IMG/VR virus record: IMGVR_UViG_3300029197_000003
Direction: 5' to 3' (one strand)
Length of the DNA: 64,000 nt
DNA from: a virus
Below are positions 33,516 through 42,858 of this stretch, one piece after another. Both the position numbers and the translations under genes were made by a program. The notes under the pieces were generated by a model, which had not been told where the DNA came from, did no database searches, and saw only the letters and a list, made by a program, of their open reading frames with translations. Every line of letters starts with the position of its first letter. Within the stretch, counting starts at the first letter, position 1.

Positions 33516-34927
33516 TTAAATACTTGTAAATCATTAGATTGTTTGATAGGCTTCGTTTCGCCATAGCTAACCCATTTTCCCTTGCTTCTGTCGAACTTTA
33601 TACGCTTCCCTTTATCGTTATAATAGACCGCGCTGCTATTCTGCTTGGCAGAAGGGATGTATCTATAACCTCCCTTTTGGGTGGTTTTTCCAGCCCCAAA
33701 CATAGCACCATTCCTCTCTGATGTAGAGTTAACATAAGCGCCCTTGTACTTCTTTGCTGCCGCATTAGCTTCTGCCTCGGTTGCATAGACGACATGGACG
33801 GTGAACTCCTTGGCCCTCTCGGCATTCCCAGTCCCTCTCGGAACGTAGATATATCGGTTCATGCGCCCCTGCTTATCTGGCTTGCCTGTGCCGCCTGCAC
33901 TTGTTTCGCTCCTATACTTATCGGCTGCTGCCTGATTTCTCGCAATGGTAGACGCGCCGACGGCAGCGCTTGTCGCGGCACGTTGCTTGGCAACATTGAG
34001 CATGCCCTCGTTATGTCTTCTTTGGTCTTCTGCTCTCTGTTTGTCGTTCTCGGCTTTTGCCTCCGCTGCTCTCTTGCGCGTATCAGCATCTTGTTCCTTG
34101 ATTTTAAGCTCAGATTGGGCAATAACGCGGTTGAAGGCGTCTTGTGCAAGTTTCTCTCGTGCTGTTTTTGCGGAAAGTTCCTGCTGCACGGCTTGCGTGT
34201 CAAGGCCGTATTTTTCTTTGAGAACCGCCATATACTTTGCAGCGTCCTTCTCGCGCTGTGCTACCATCTTATCCCATCGTGCCAAATTGGCCTTACTCAT
34301 AGAGGCATTGGGATTATAAGCGTTAGGTGCGCCCTTTGTCGTGAAATAAAGGTTGGAAAGCGCTTGGATGCCGTCACTGATAGCTGAATACAAAGCTCTC
34401 TGTTTGGCTCGCTTGTTCTCGCGTTCTTCCTTCTCTTTGGTGCGCTTAAGGCGGTCTAATGTCTCGTTGAGATAGTTGTTTAATTCCGTCAGTGAGTTGA
34501 CCTGCGCCTTATATGCTTCTGAGGGTGCTTCGCCCTTCTCGTTCAAAACGCGATTGTAGGCTTGCTCTGGCGTCTCATCAATGTTGGTTGGTGGTGTGGC
34601 GGTCGCCTGTGGCGTTGTCTGCTGTGCTGCCTGCGGTATTCCGTATTTCTGCGCATAAAGTTGCGTGGCAGTTTTCATATTCTGAGGTTCATATAACTGC
34701 GACTGCGGAATGTTAAGCGGTGGATTGCTCGCCAATGATGCCTCTGTAACCGCTGGTCTCTGCCCATAGTTCGGATTGGTGTTACCTTGGATGGCAGAAG
34801 GCGCTTGCCCTCCAGAAGAGGTCTGACCATTCTGCCAGTCCACGGGATATTGAGGATTAGCCTGCGGTGTGACAGGCTGCTCCTCCTGTTTTGGTTTAAC
34901 TCCTAAGATGTCACTTATTGCACTCAT
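33512..34927 (-). CDS. Q/P-rich plus coiled-coil protein, internal virion/ejection protein candidate
   Basis: 471 aa. The N-terminus is a low-complexity P/Q tract and the centre is an A/K/E/R coiled coil. It is translationally coupled to the giant ORF. Confidence 0.5.
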   Translation of the reverse strand: MSAISDILGVKPKQEEQPVTPQANPQYPVDWQNGQTSSGGQAPSAIQGNTNPNYGQRPAVTEASLASNPPLNIPQSQLYEPQNMKTATQLYAQKYGIPQAAQQTTPQATATPPTNIDETPEQAYNRVLNEKGEAPSEAYKAQVNSLTELNNYLNETLDRLKRTKEKEERENKRAKQRALYSAISDGIQALSNLYFTTKGAPNAYNPNASMSKANLARWDKMVAQREKDAAKYMAVLKEKYGLDTQAVQQELSAKTAREKLAQDAFNRVIAQSELKIKEQDADTRKRAAEAKAENDKQRAEDQRRHNEGMLNVAKQRAATSAAVGASTIARNQAAADKYRSETSAGGTGKPDKQGRMNRYIYVPRGTGNAERAKEFTVHVVYATEAEANAAAKKYKGAYVNSTSERNGAMFGAGKTTQKGGYRYIPSAKQNSSAVYYNDKGKRIKFDRSKGKWVSYGETKPIKQSNDLQVFK

Positions 34928-35472
34928 ACTTTTGCGTCGGTTTTCTGTTTCAAATCCTTTTTAGCATCTGCCATCTCGTCAAAAGCAAGCCCCGCCGTTG
35001 CTGCGGCTTGTCCGACACCTTGGATGGCGGCTGCGGTATTAGCTTGTTGTTGCTGAGACATCTGTATCCGTCTGTTGGCGAAGTTCTGCGTGTTGGCGAG
35101 ATGCTGATGTTCGATTGCGTCACGTTGCGCCATGCCTTGTGCGTTGATATTGCTCGCGGTCTGAGCGATGGCATTGTTGTTTTGTTCGCGTGCAGCCGCT
35201 GCTGCCGCCGCCGTGCCGCCCATCACGGCACTCTGCCCTGCCGCCGCCTGATTACGTTTGCGGATGCTGTCTTGCGTCATCGTGATAAGGCGCTGTGCAG
35301 AGGCACGCTGTGTATTGTCAGTATTGTACTCCCTGTCATACCAAGCCTTCTCTGCCGCTTCCTGCTCTTTGAGGAGACGGCGTTGTTTACGGGCTTCACG
35401 AGCATTCTTGATGCCGCCGAAGATGGCGCTTGCTGCGCCGACACCTGCTGAAATAGCTGTTCCTATTGCCAT
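34924..35472 (-). CDS. Ala/Gln-rich protein with a hydrophobic N-terminus, internal virion protein candidate
   Basis: ATG at 35472 (MAIGTAISAGVGAASAIFGGI) is preferred over the track start. There is a 4-nt overlap with the next gene. Confidence 0.5.
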   Translation of the reverse strand: MAIGTAISAGVGAASAIFGGIKNAREARKQRRLLKEQEAAEKAWYDREYNTDNTQRASAQRLITMTQDSIRKRNQAAAGQSAVMGGTAAAAAAAREQNNNAIAQTASNINAQGMAQRDAIEHQHLANTQNFANRRIQMSQQQQANTAAAIQGVGQAAATAGLAFDEMADAKKDLKQKTDAKV

Positions 35473-35519
35473 AGTAGTCTGTTTTATAAAGATATATATA
35501 TGAGGCAAATATAATCATG

Positions 35520-35527
35520 TATCTTTG
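35520..35527 (+). promoter_or_regulatory. -7 box TATCTTTG for the 35556 gene
   Basis: An exact TAnnTTTG match lies 29 nt upstream of ATG 35556. Confidence 0.4.
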
Positions 35528-35555
35528 CTATCGGTTTATAACTTTATAAAGCGAA

Positions 35556-35834
35556 ATGGCAACGGCAGTAAGAAAGTGTGGAAGAAAAAAAGGTACGCCG
35601 AATAAGGCTACACAATTGGGTCGGGAGACTATCGCAAAGTTTCTTGATGCTTACTCTTCCACGGGTCTCATGCACGAGGACTTTATGAAGCTAAAACCGC
35701 GCGAGCGTCTTATAATTGTTGAAAAACTGCTGCAATACCACATGCCGAAGTACCAGGCAATCACTTACGATGTGGCTATTACGGAAACAAAACTTTCCAT
35801 TGAGCAGAAATTGAAACAACTTTGCGGAGAGTAG
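35556..35834 (+). CDS. small basic DNA-binding-like protein (lone plus-strand gene inside the late region)
   Basis: 92 aa. The N-terminus CGRKKGTPNKATQLGRE is a basic GRP/AT-hook-like tract. Confidence 0.5.
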   Translation: MATAVRKCGRKKGTPNKATQLGRETIAKFLDAYSSTGLMHEDFMKLKPRERLIIVEKLLQYHMPKYQAITYDVAITETKLSIEQKLKQLCGE

Positions 35835-35872
35835 ATTTTTCTTCATAATATTTATTAGTTTTTTCATTGGCT

Positions 35873-35910
35873 GAAATGCCCTGACAACATCTTTGCTGTC
35901 GGGGCATTTC
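35873..35910. terminator. bidirectional hairpin terminator between the 35556 gene and the portal gene
   Basis: GAAATGCCCTGACA pairs with TGTCGGGGCATTTC (14 bp including one G-U) across a 10-nt loop. T-runs flank it on both sides. Confidence 0.6.
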
Positions 35911-35911
35911 T

Positions 35912-37888
35912 TTAGCCATAAAGGGCCTGCGCTCCTTGCTGAACGGCCTGCATGTTTGTTCCTTGCTGTATCTGCTGTTGAAGCTGCGGCGGTAATCCCT
36001 GCGGCTGCTGCCCGTTAGCGATTTGCTCCTGCTGGCTCTTTACACTCTGCAAGAGACTATCGGCAAACGGGAAGTTACCATTTTCAAGCAACTGTTCCAA
36101 CGATATTTGACCACTCCGCCAAATCTCCATTAGGAAGTCATTGGCGAGCTGACGGTAAACAGGGGATGACGCACTATCCTCAATGCTGAGGTCATACTCA
36201 ACGTCCTGCATCTTTTCTGGGTCGTACTCCACTTGTGCGCCCCTTCTTCCTGCAATATTGATAATGCGCTTGCTGTCGTAGTATTGCTGTATATTCTTTA
36301 CCGTCTTGTACGCGCCGTCTATTATGAAGTTGTTGAAACTTTCAAAAACATCACTCAACGATACGGCTGCATTGTTGGTCTGCTGAGCATAAAGCGTTCC
36401 GCTGGTTCCAGACTGGGCCTGCTTGCCTTGGATGGCTCCAGTTACGCCGCTCACATTCTCAAAAAACTTCAATTGCAGACTAAGTATTTCATTGATGCCA
36501 ATGTTGGTTGAGTTGTTCACCACCTGTTGGGGGATGCGTCCGCTCTTTCCTGGCTTGTAGAATACAACACCATTAAACTTACGCCATTCGCTGGCAAAAC
36601 GCTTCATGCTAACACCTTCGGGGATACAATCGGTAGGAATCATAAGCACACCCTTTGCCGTGGCGCGTATCAGCCAGTCAAACAGGGTTATCAGTCGGTT
36701 CACGTAACGCTGCTGGTCTATGAATCCACCCATAAAACTCTTAATAACGCCATCAATGAATGGATATGCCTTGAATACGTATGGATGACTCTTATGGGCG
36801 TAGGGTGTCTCGCCCTCATCCAAAATATATCCAAGCGGAGTAATGAAGTAATAATACCAATAGGAATCCAAAAACGCCTCGGCCTCTATGAGCGGTATGT
36901 CGTCTTCTGCCATGCCAGCGGACGTACCTTGTGCGATTCGTTGTTCGTTGACGCTTACGACAAGTTCTTGGTAGTCCGCTTCGTCAACCTTGAAGTATTC
37001 TCCAGTATTGAGGTCGTGACATCGAAATCTCGGTTTCTGTTCTTTCCTCCACACTTCTATCACCCTGCACTTGTTTGTGTCTTCGGCAAAGAGAAAGTCA
37101 AGGCGTTTAAGGTCAAAGTTACCAAACTGACGCATAGAATAACTTATCTGCTCACGAGTTCTTGCGCTCTTGTATATCTCTTTAAGGTATCGCGCATCAT
37201 CACTACTCTTGGCAAACTGAGAGCATAATTCTTCAAAGGTAATATCGTGTATCTCACCAATGCAGTTGACATCCCATCCTCTGAAATCTCGCACGCCGTC
37301 ATCAATGAAGAAATAATTTGGATTCACATAATCAATCCAGCAATCATTGTTCTCATTGCGCCATTCATACGACATACGATGCACCACAAAGCCGCTGATG
37401 AGAAATTCTTCAAAACTTCTTGGCTTTACTTCATTCATTCTGTTCTTCTGCATCACGCATTGAAGCACAGTACTCATGGTCTCGCTCAACTCCTGCTCGT
37501 CGCGGTCTCTTGCAGAGCAAAACGGCTCTTTGTTTTGTGAACGAAATACGCCGAGCATACTGCGCATAACGCTCCACATGTGGTTGTTCTGTAAAGGTTC
37601 GCTACCCTGTGAACGGATATAGTCCGACTCGCGCATCTTCGTGGTGCATCCGAGCCTTCCTTGCACTTGAATGTAGTCACCAAGCTGGTCGCCATATACA
37701 TACCTTCTTGTCCTCTCGCGTTCCTTGCGGAAGGTCTCCATATTGTTCCAGTAGTCCTGCACTTGATAGAGGATGGCAAGCCCACGGCGATTCCCCTTTA
37801 GTTTTGAACGCTCAACGGTATCAAATTCCACATTGGGTTTGACACGTCTTCCGCTGACAACGCTCATTGAAAATAATTTGTCGGCCAT
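35912..37888 (-). CDS. portal protein candidate
   Basis: About 660-705 aa. An alternative start at 38029 overlaps the upstream gene. The C-terminus is Q-rich. The central DQQRYVNRLITLFDWLIRATAKGVLMIP and W/Y-rich segments look portal-like. No other ORF of portal size lies near the head genes. Confidence 0.55.
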   Translation of the reverse strand: MADKLFSMSVVSGRRVKPNVEFDTVERSKLKGNRRGLAILYQVQDYWNNMETFRKERERTRRYVYGDQLGDYIQVQGRLGCTTKMRESDYIRSQGSEPLQNNHMWSVMRSMLGVFRSQNKEPFCSARDRDEQELSETMSTVLQCVMQKNRMNEVKPRSFEEFLISGFVVHRMSYEWRNENNDCWIDYVNPNYFFIDDGVRDFRGWDVNCIGEIHDITFEELCSQFAKSSDDARYLKEIYKSARTREQISYSMRQFGNFDLKRLDFLFAEDTNKCRVIEVWRKEQKPRFRCHDLNTGEYFKVDEADYQELVVSVNEQRIAQGTSAGMAEDDIPLIEAEAFLDSYWYYYFITPLGYILDEGETPYAHKSHPYVFKAYPFIDGVIKSFMGGFIDQQRYVNRLITLFDWLIRATAKGVLMIPTDCIPEGVSMKRFASEWRKFNGVVFYKPGKSGRIPQQVVNNSTNIGINEILSLQLKFFENVSGVTGAIQGKQAQSGTSGTLYAQQTNNAAVSLSDVFESFNNFIIDGAYKTVKNIQQYYDSKRIINIAGRRGAQVEYDPEKMQDVEYDLSIEDSASSPVYRQLANDFLMEIWRSGQISLEQLLENGNFPFADSLLQSVKSQQEQIANGQQPQGLPPQLQQQIQQGTNMQAVQQGAQALYG

Positions 37889-37986
37889 AAAATCATGATT
37901 TTTCACGAAAATAATAACACGGCGTGTTATGCTTTCAATATCTTTAAAATACAGATGGGGCGTACCAATAAGCACGCCCCATCTCT

Positions 37987-38271
37987 TCACGTCAAAATCT
38001 TGTTTACACTCTCTTTCAGCATACGACACATAAGTGTTTTCATGCGGTAGATGCGTGAATTTTTCAAGGCATTTACCCTTTGCTGGCTCATGCCGCTTAA
38101 CTCAGCAATAGTGCCTTCGCTCATTCCTTTTTCGATTAGGTAATCAACGAAAACCACACGTGCATTCACACTTCGTTCACTTCTACTTGTCGTGAACTCT
38201 TCAAAAGATAAACCGCTTGCGTTCATTGTAGCTTCAACGGCTTTATCAAATAATATCTGTAATTGTTTCAT
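37987..38271 (-). CDS. HTH DNA-binding protein
   Basis: ATG at 38271 (MKQLQILF). GMSEGTIAELSGMSQQRVNAL is an HTH of sigma-r4/LuxR style. Confidence 0.45.
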   Translation of the reverse strand: MKQLQILFDKAVEATMNASGLSFEEFTTSRSERSVNARVVFVDYLIEKGMSEGTIAELSGMSQQRVNALKNSRIYRMKTLMCRMLKESVNKILT

Positions 38272-38306
38272 TTTAGAGGAATTAAAAGGTTGAATAATCT
38301 TTTGGA

Positions 38307-38795
38307 CTATCCTCGCTTTTTGCTCCTCTTGGAATAAACAAAATAATACCACGCGCCAATTATCATCAGCAATACCGCTGCAAACTGAAACAAGCAGTCT
38401 TTGAATCGCTGCAAAATCGGCGGTTTCTCCTTCACCGTCTTGTTTTCTTTCTCCTTTCTCGTCTCTTTCTTGTCCGTTACACTCGTCTGCTGCTCTTCCT
38501 GCTTAGCATTGATAAAGTGCTTTGCGTTTCGGTTAGAAATGATTTTCTTTTCGCGTTCCGTATCGGTGCGAAGAACCTTGCCATCTGAATCAACCGTTAC
38601 CATTGTTAGCTCGGTAATAAAGACGGTGTCGGAGAGATATACGGTGTCAGCAATCGTAAGAATCTGCCGTTGTATCAACGTGTCACGTCTCTCTATCCTC
38701 ACTGAATCCGTGAACTCTTTCTCAACGATCGTTGTCTTGCGCGAACATGAAACAAGAGAGAGAAGAACAATAAAGAATAACAATGCCTTTTTCAT
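38307..38795 (-). CDS. unimolecular spanin candidate (N-terminal lipoprotein signal plus C-terminal TM)
   Basis: Starting from ATG 38795, MKKALLFFIVLLSLVSC carries a lipobox. The C-terminus is LFQFAAVLLMIIGAWYYFVY followed by SKRSKKRG. It is the last gene of the lysis cassette. Confidence 0.5.
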   Translation of the reverse strand: MKKALLFFIVLLSLVSCSRKTTIVEKEFTDSVRIERRDTLIQRQILTIADTVYLSDTVFITELTMVTVDSDGKVLRTDTEREKKIISNRNAKHFINAKQEEQQTSVTDKKETRKEKENKTVKEKPPILQRFKDCLFQFAAVLLMIIGAWYYFVYSKRSKKRG

Positions 38796-39052
38796 ATCAT
38801 CGCAATCAAAATGCCTGCAACATCGCAAAAGAAGTCCTTCCACTCTGATGTTCCCTGCCCTGTGAATCTGTCGAGCAATTCCTTGGAAACGGCAACCAAC
38901 AGCATGACGGCTACCATAACCCATACTGGCAGGAAGATAAGTGCCATCTTGGAGATAATAGTCATTACGATAATATGTGTAAGGCCATCAATGCTAAGTG
39001 AGGCAGCGAAGCCTGCCACCTTGCTGCATAGCTTGTAAAACCACTTAATCAT
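38792..39052 (-). CDS. holin candidate (small multi-TM protein)
   Basis: 86 aa with 2-3 hydrophobic helices. It lies between the endolysin and the spanin, with 4-nt overlaps on both sides. Confidence 0.4.
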   Translation of the reverse strand: MIKWFYKLCSKVAGFAASLSIDGLTHIIVMTIISKMALIFLPVWVMVAVMLLVAVSKELLDRFTGQGTSEWKDFFCDVAGILIAMI

Positions 39053-39582
39053 TTGTTCAAAATAAGATTGTCGTACATAATTGAATTAATTCGGCGTTCC
39101 CATCCTCTAAGGTTTTCTTGCTGGCTCTTGTCGTTCTTAACAATACTCTTGACGAACAACAACCGCATTTGCTTGATACGTCCAAACAACGGCAAGCCGC
39201 TTGTGCTGTTGACGGCAGCCAACGTCTTGTTGCCGATGATGCCGTCAACCTTCACGCCTACGAGCTTCTGTAATTGTCGCGCCGCCGTGCCAACGCCGCT
39301 TGCCCATGCCCAATCAACCATGATGTTAGCAACATTCTGGTCTGCTACCTTGTCAAGTCTCAGCGCATCCCAGTACATGGTTTTGAAAATCTCCTCCCAT
39401 TCGCTGGTAGTCATCGCTTTCAAGGTTTCAACCGTTGCAGGCTTGCCCTTTTTAGCGCAATACCCTCGCCACGTGTTTATCGTCACGCCCTTGTTTGTCG
39501 CGCCTCCTCTGTCGTTCTTTCGGTTGCAAAAACCGCCCTCCCATGATAAAATGAAGGGAATTATTTGTTTGTAATTTGCCAT
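39049..39582 (-). CDS. endolysin, GH108 N-acetylmuramidase with a C-terminal peptidoglycan-binding domain
   Basis: ILSWEGGFCNRKNDRGGATNKGVTINTW matches the GH108 signature (EGG...DxGGxTxxGIT). LQKLVGVKVDGIIGNKTLAAVN is a PG_binding_3-like segment. Confidence 0.8.
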   Translation of the reverse strand: MANYKQIIPFILSWEGGFCNRKNDRGGATNKGVTINTWRGYCAKKGKPATVETLKAMTTSEWEEIFKTMYWDALRLDKVADQNVANIMVDWAWASGVGTAARQLQKLVGVKVDGIIGNKTLAAVNSTSGLPLFGRIKQMRLLFVKSIVKNDKSQQENLRGWERRINSIMYDNLILNK

Positions 39583-39667
39583 GTTGAATTATTTTTGTAA
39601 TTTTGTGGTGAAAGTTCTGAGAAGGTTAATGATGTATGCGTCTCAATGTTCGCACGTCTCAATCCAT

Positions 39668-40807
39668 TCAGAACTTTTTTATTTTTATAATTCCTCGATT
39701 AATCCATACTACGACTTTTTCTTTCTTCGTTGAATAGGTTCTCGAATATCCCTTGCGAAACCTTACTGCATACGCAATAAAGGAAAAACTCTTCGAAGGT
39801 TTTATTCTCGCCACACGGTTTATATCGATATTTTTACGAACTCGAAAGTAAGTCGTTTTGTTATTAATTTTTACCTCATGCCTATGGGGAATATGGTTTT
39901 CAATTGTAACTTTAAACTTTCTCCTTCTTTTGTAGGTGTAAAATCGAATATTTAATAAATCAAGTTCATCGTATTTTATAAAACCTTTTGAACTGCCAAT
40001 GCCTACTGGCTCGCAATAAGAAATTAGATTTCTTTTATCACTGTCTACGACATAAGAAGTGGAAGGAAGATTTTTTAGGTGTCTAATCTCGTATTTTTTG
40101 GATGACAACATTAATCCATTATCCATCAGAAATTGATTTAATCGCTCAGTCCTAATTATCTTAATATCCCCCGCCTGTGCGTTACTATACAAGTTTGTAG
40201 TACGGGTAATCTTAGCTAAAACATGTTGAAATGGTACACGATTAATATCATATAAATAGAGATATAAAACTAATAAATAACTTACGCGTTCTGGCTTAGT
40301 ATCTCCATAATTACTGTCTATTAATCTTTTTATTTCTGCAATGCTTTTACCTTCAATATCAGTTACAATAGGACCACAATAAAAAACAGACCCTCTGCTC
40401 CAAAATCCATTTTTGTCTATAACATCATACATAAAGGCAACGATATTTTTAGTGCCAACTTCGTATCCTTCTTGTTGAATACTTGGGAAACGAAACACCG
40501 CTGAATCATCCAATTTATCCAAATCAACCTTGAATTTAATCCTGCCATCGTGGAAGTAATAAAAATTACCCTTCTCTGGTGTCATCGGAATGGCCTTGTG
40601 TACAATCAATTTATTAAATCTTTTTGCCCCCCCCTGTTGACAAAACTTCATCCCATTAAACACAATCTCCCCATCCGTTGTGTAATGCACAACAGGGTCG
40701 CCCGTCTGATGGTCGTTTGTAATTGCCTCCCCTGTCGTTGACCCGACATCCACTTTAAAGAATCTCCCCTCTAACTCATTCCAAGGGGTTACAGGATTAT
40801 TGCTCAT
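39668..40807 (-). CDS. tail fibre / receptor-binding protein A (shared N-terminal module)
   Basis: ATG at 40807. WNELEGRFFKVDVGSTT...VVHYTTDGEIVFNGMKF is homologous to the N-termini of the genes at 41893 and 46018. The C-terminus is unique. Confidence 0.5.
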   Translation of the reverse strand: MSNNPVTPWNELEGRFFKVDVGSTTGEAITNDHQTGDPVVHYTTDGEIVFNGMKFCQQGGAKRFNKLIVHKAIPMTPEKGNFYYFHDGRIKFKVDLDKLDDSAVFRFPSIQQEGYEVGTKNIVAFMYDVIDKNGFWSRGSVFYCGPIVTDIEGKSIAEIKRLIDSNYGDTKPERVSYLLVLYLYLYDINRVPFQHVLAKITRTTNLYSNAQAGDIKIIRTERLNQFLMDNGLMLSSKKYEIRHLKNLPSTSYVVDSDKRNLISYCEPVGIGSSKGFIKYDELDLLNIRFYTYKRRRKFKVTIENHIPHRHEVKINNKTTYFRVRKNIDINRVARIKPSKSFSFIAYAVRFRKGYSRTYSTKKEKVVVWINRGIIKIKKF

Positions 40808-40808
40808 C

Positions 40809-41303
40809 TTACTTCTCCTCCTTCGTTGCCTCCTCAAACGCCTCGCCTGCATCCTTATCTTTCTTCTTTAGTATAGCGACAATAAAGCGTTTAAAAGAGA
40901 AATTAAACTTCACATTATGTATAGCGCACACGTGGCCTTTAATACTATCCAGTTCAAATATGGCAGCAAAGACAGAGCCTAACGCACCGCCCTCCTCGTA
41001 TGTACCTATACCCATAGGTTCAAGGAAAGACTTGCCAAGCAGCGCACCCGTCATGATGTAAATCATGTACTCGATGAATTTGCAAACGGTTCTTCTCCCT
41101 GCTCTGCTATATCTGAACGATTCCTTTTTCACCTTCACGCTTTCAGTCAGACCCAAATAAAAGTCTGCAATTATCATGAAGATAATAAACAACACCATCC
41201 ACCGCAGACCGTAAAACGTCTCTTCTATCTCTGTCGGAATGGTGTAATACGCTCCAATGCCTGCCAAGGCAACCAACGGATTTAAGATAAATGACGATTC
41301 CAT
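40809..41303 (-). CDS. multi-TM membrane protein resembling phage holin family 4_1 (LL-H type)
   Basis: 164 aa. IADFYLGLTESVKVKKESFRYSRAGRRTVCKF resembles the DxxTG...S...G..K core of that family. It has 3-4 TM helices. Confidence 0.4.
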   Translation of the reverse strand: MESSFILNPLVALAGIGAYYTIPTEIEETFYGLRWMVLFIIFMIIADFYLGLTESVKVKKESFRYSRAGRRTVCKFIEYMIYIMTGALLGKSFLEPMGIGTYEEGGALGSVFAAIFELDSIKGHVCAIHNVKFNFSFKRFIVAILKKKDKDAGEAFEEATKEEK

Positions 41304-41314
41304 CTTTGTCCCTC

Positions 41315-41881
41315 CTAAAGAAAATCAACCATTCTATAATAGGCATCACTGAACTCTGCCTTTCGTCTGAACTTCGCCCACATCCAAGGAATCGGAAGCA
41401 GCGTCTTCCAATTGTCCTTGGCCAAGACGTCATAGGCGGCAGTGTAGTACGGCATATCAGAACTTGACCACAATACGCGCCAATCTGGTTTCTTAACGCT
41501 CAGTTGCACGCATTGAATGTTGCTGAATCCTTTGAGGCATTCGGCAAGTTTTCTGAAATTGTCGTACACCTCAGTGCCTTCTTCGCATTCCCCTTCATAG
41601 GTAAGCAGATACATCGTCTTGACTGGCGAAGATGCTGCAATGCCGTTTAGTTCTGCCATGAGTTTTAGCAGGGATTTCTTAGCTTTCCACAAGCCATGTG
41701 CGGCAACGAATCTTCCTCTGCCATTGTCCCATTTCACGCGAAGGTCAAACAGACGGCAGCCGCATCTATGTTGTTGCACTAAGGTTTTTGACTGGCATTT
41801 TGAAAACGCGGAGACAAGGAACGACAAAAGGCCGTCACCTTTCTCTCCTGTAAGGCTGTTATGTGTTGCAATTTTAATCAT
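41315..41881 (-). CDS. PLC-like phosphodiesterase (PI-PLC X-domain-like)
   Basis: ATHNSLTGE, CRLFDLRV and VAAHGLW correspond to the H-N-S, R-x-x-D-x-R and H-G motifs of PI-PLC/GDPD TIM-barrel phosphodiesterases. Confidence 0.4.
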   Translation of the reverse strand: MIKIATHNSLTGEKGDGLLSFLVSAFSKCQSKTLVQQHRCGCRLFDLRVKWDNGRGRFVAAHGLWKAKKSLLKLMAELNGIAASSPVKTMYLLTYEGECEEGTEVYDNFRKLAECLKGFSNIQCVQLSVKKPDWRVLWSSSDMPYYTAAYDVLAKDNWKTLLPIPWMWAKFRRKAEFSDAYYRMVDFL

Positions 41882-41892
41882 GTCTTTCAGTT

Positions 41893-42756
41893 TTAATGGT
41901 TCAACGTTCCTGCCTCTTCCAGTTTATCAACGAGTGTTTTGCAGATAATGCGTAGATGGTTGATGGCAAACTTCGCCTCGTCAAGAGTGGTGACGCTTGG
42001 CACGGCCTTCAAAAACTCGTACTCACTTTGCAGATTGAGGTTGGCTTTCTTAACGCCGCCAATACTCGTTGTTGTAGCACTGGCAAGTGATATGATGCCG
42101 TTGTTGTCGTTTGTTGTATCTTTATATCCCTCTATGCCGTCATCCGTGACATTCAGACCATCACCGACCTTCACTATGCCGAACTGGTTTTTGGTGGCTC
42201 TGTTTAAAACTATATATTCCTGAGGAAGAGCTCGAAGATAATAGTAGCCTGTCTGTTTATGGTTTCCGTCTGTTGTTTCGTAATCATAAATAACATTTTC
42301 TTCGTAGCCCTGAATATGATTTATTGTCGCGTAAGGCTGTCCTTGTCTTGACCACCAAAACACCGTTACCATCATATTGTTCGCCACAGCTGATGCTGCA
42401 TCGCTCTGACCGAAGAAATTTACATAATTACCAGCTGCATCTCCGACAGCGAATAAAGGGTATTTCCCACCATCAGCAAGAAGAAATTCTTTCCACACAG
42501 GAGGCAAACTGCTTACTTCTTCCGCTGTCAGTGTGTAATTCTCATTTGATACCATAGCCATATTTTGAATCGCCTGCCCAAAATCCTTAATAAGCTCATT
42601 ATAGCCTGCAAACTGCACACCATTAAACACAATATTCCCCTCTGTCGTGAAATGAATAATCGCTGGATTCGTAGCCTTCAACGCCTCCTCTGTCGAAGTA
42701 TTCACGTCAAACCTAAATATGCGACCTTCAAGTTTTTTCCAATCAACTGTTGCCAT
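41893..42756 (-). CDS. tail fibre / receptor-binding protein B (shared N-terminal module)
   Basis: ATG at 42756. Sequence is MATVDWKKLEGRIFRFDVNTST...IIHFTTEGNIVFNGVQF. Confidence 0.5.
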   Translation of the reverse strand: MATVDWKKLEGRIFRFDVNTSTEEALKATNPAIIHFTTEGNIVFNGVQFAGYNELIKDFGQAIQNMAMVSNENYTLTAEEVSSLPPVWKEFLLADGGKYPLFAVGDAAGNYVNFFGQSDAASAVANNMMVTVFWWSRQGQPYATINHIQGYEENVIYDYETTDGNHKQTGYYYLRALPQEYIVLNRATKNQFGIVKVGDGLNVTDDGIEGYKDTTNDNNGIISLASATTTSIGGVKKANLNLQSEYEFLKAVPSVTTLDEAKFAINHLRIICKTLVDKLEEAGTLNH

Positions 42757-42858
42757 AACCTTATAAAATAACAACATTCTCTGACAATGTGAAATGACAA
42801 CATCTGCACATTGCCAAAGAATGCTCATTAAACCACACTTAGTTAATAATTAGTTTGT

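Noticed and set aside
39590-39605. Two plus-strand TAnnTTTG matches (TATTTTTG, TAATTTTG) between the endolysin and fibre A genes, which would drive antisense transcription.
   Set aside because: This is an AT-rich intergenic tract where the degenerate motif arises easily. All surrounding genes are on the minus strand and no plus-strand ORF follows.
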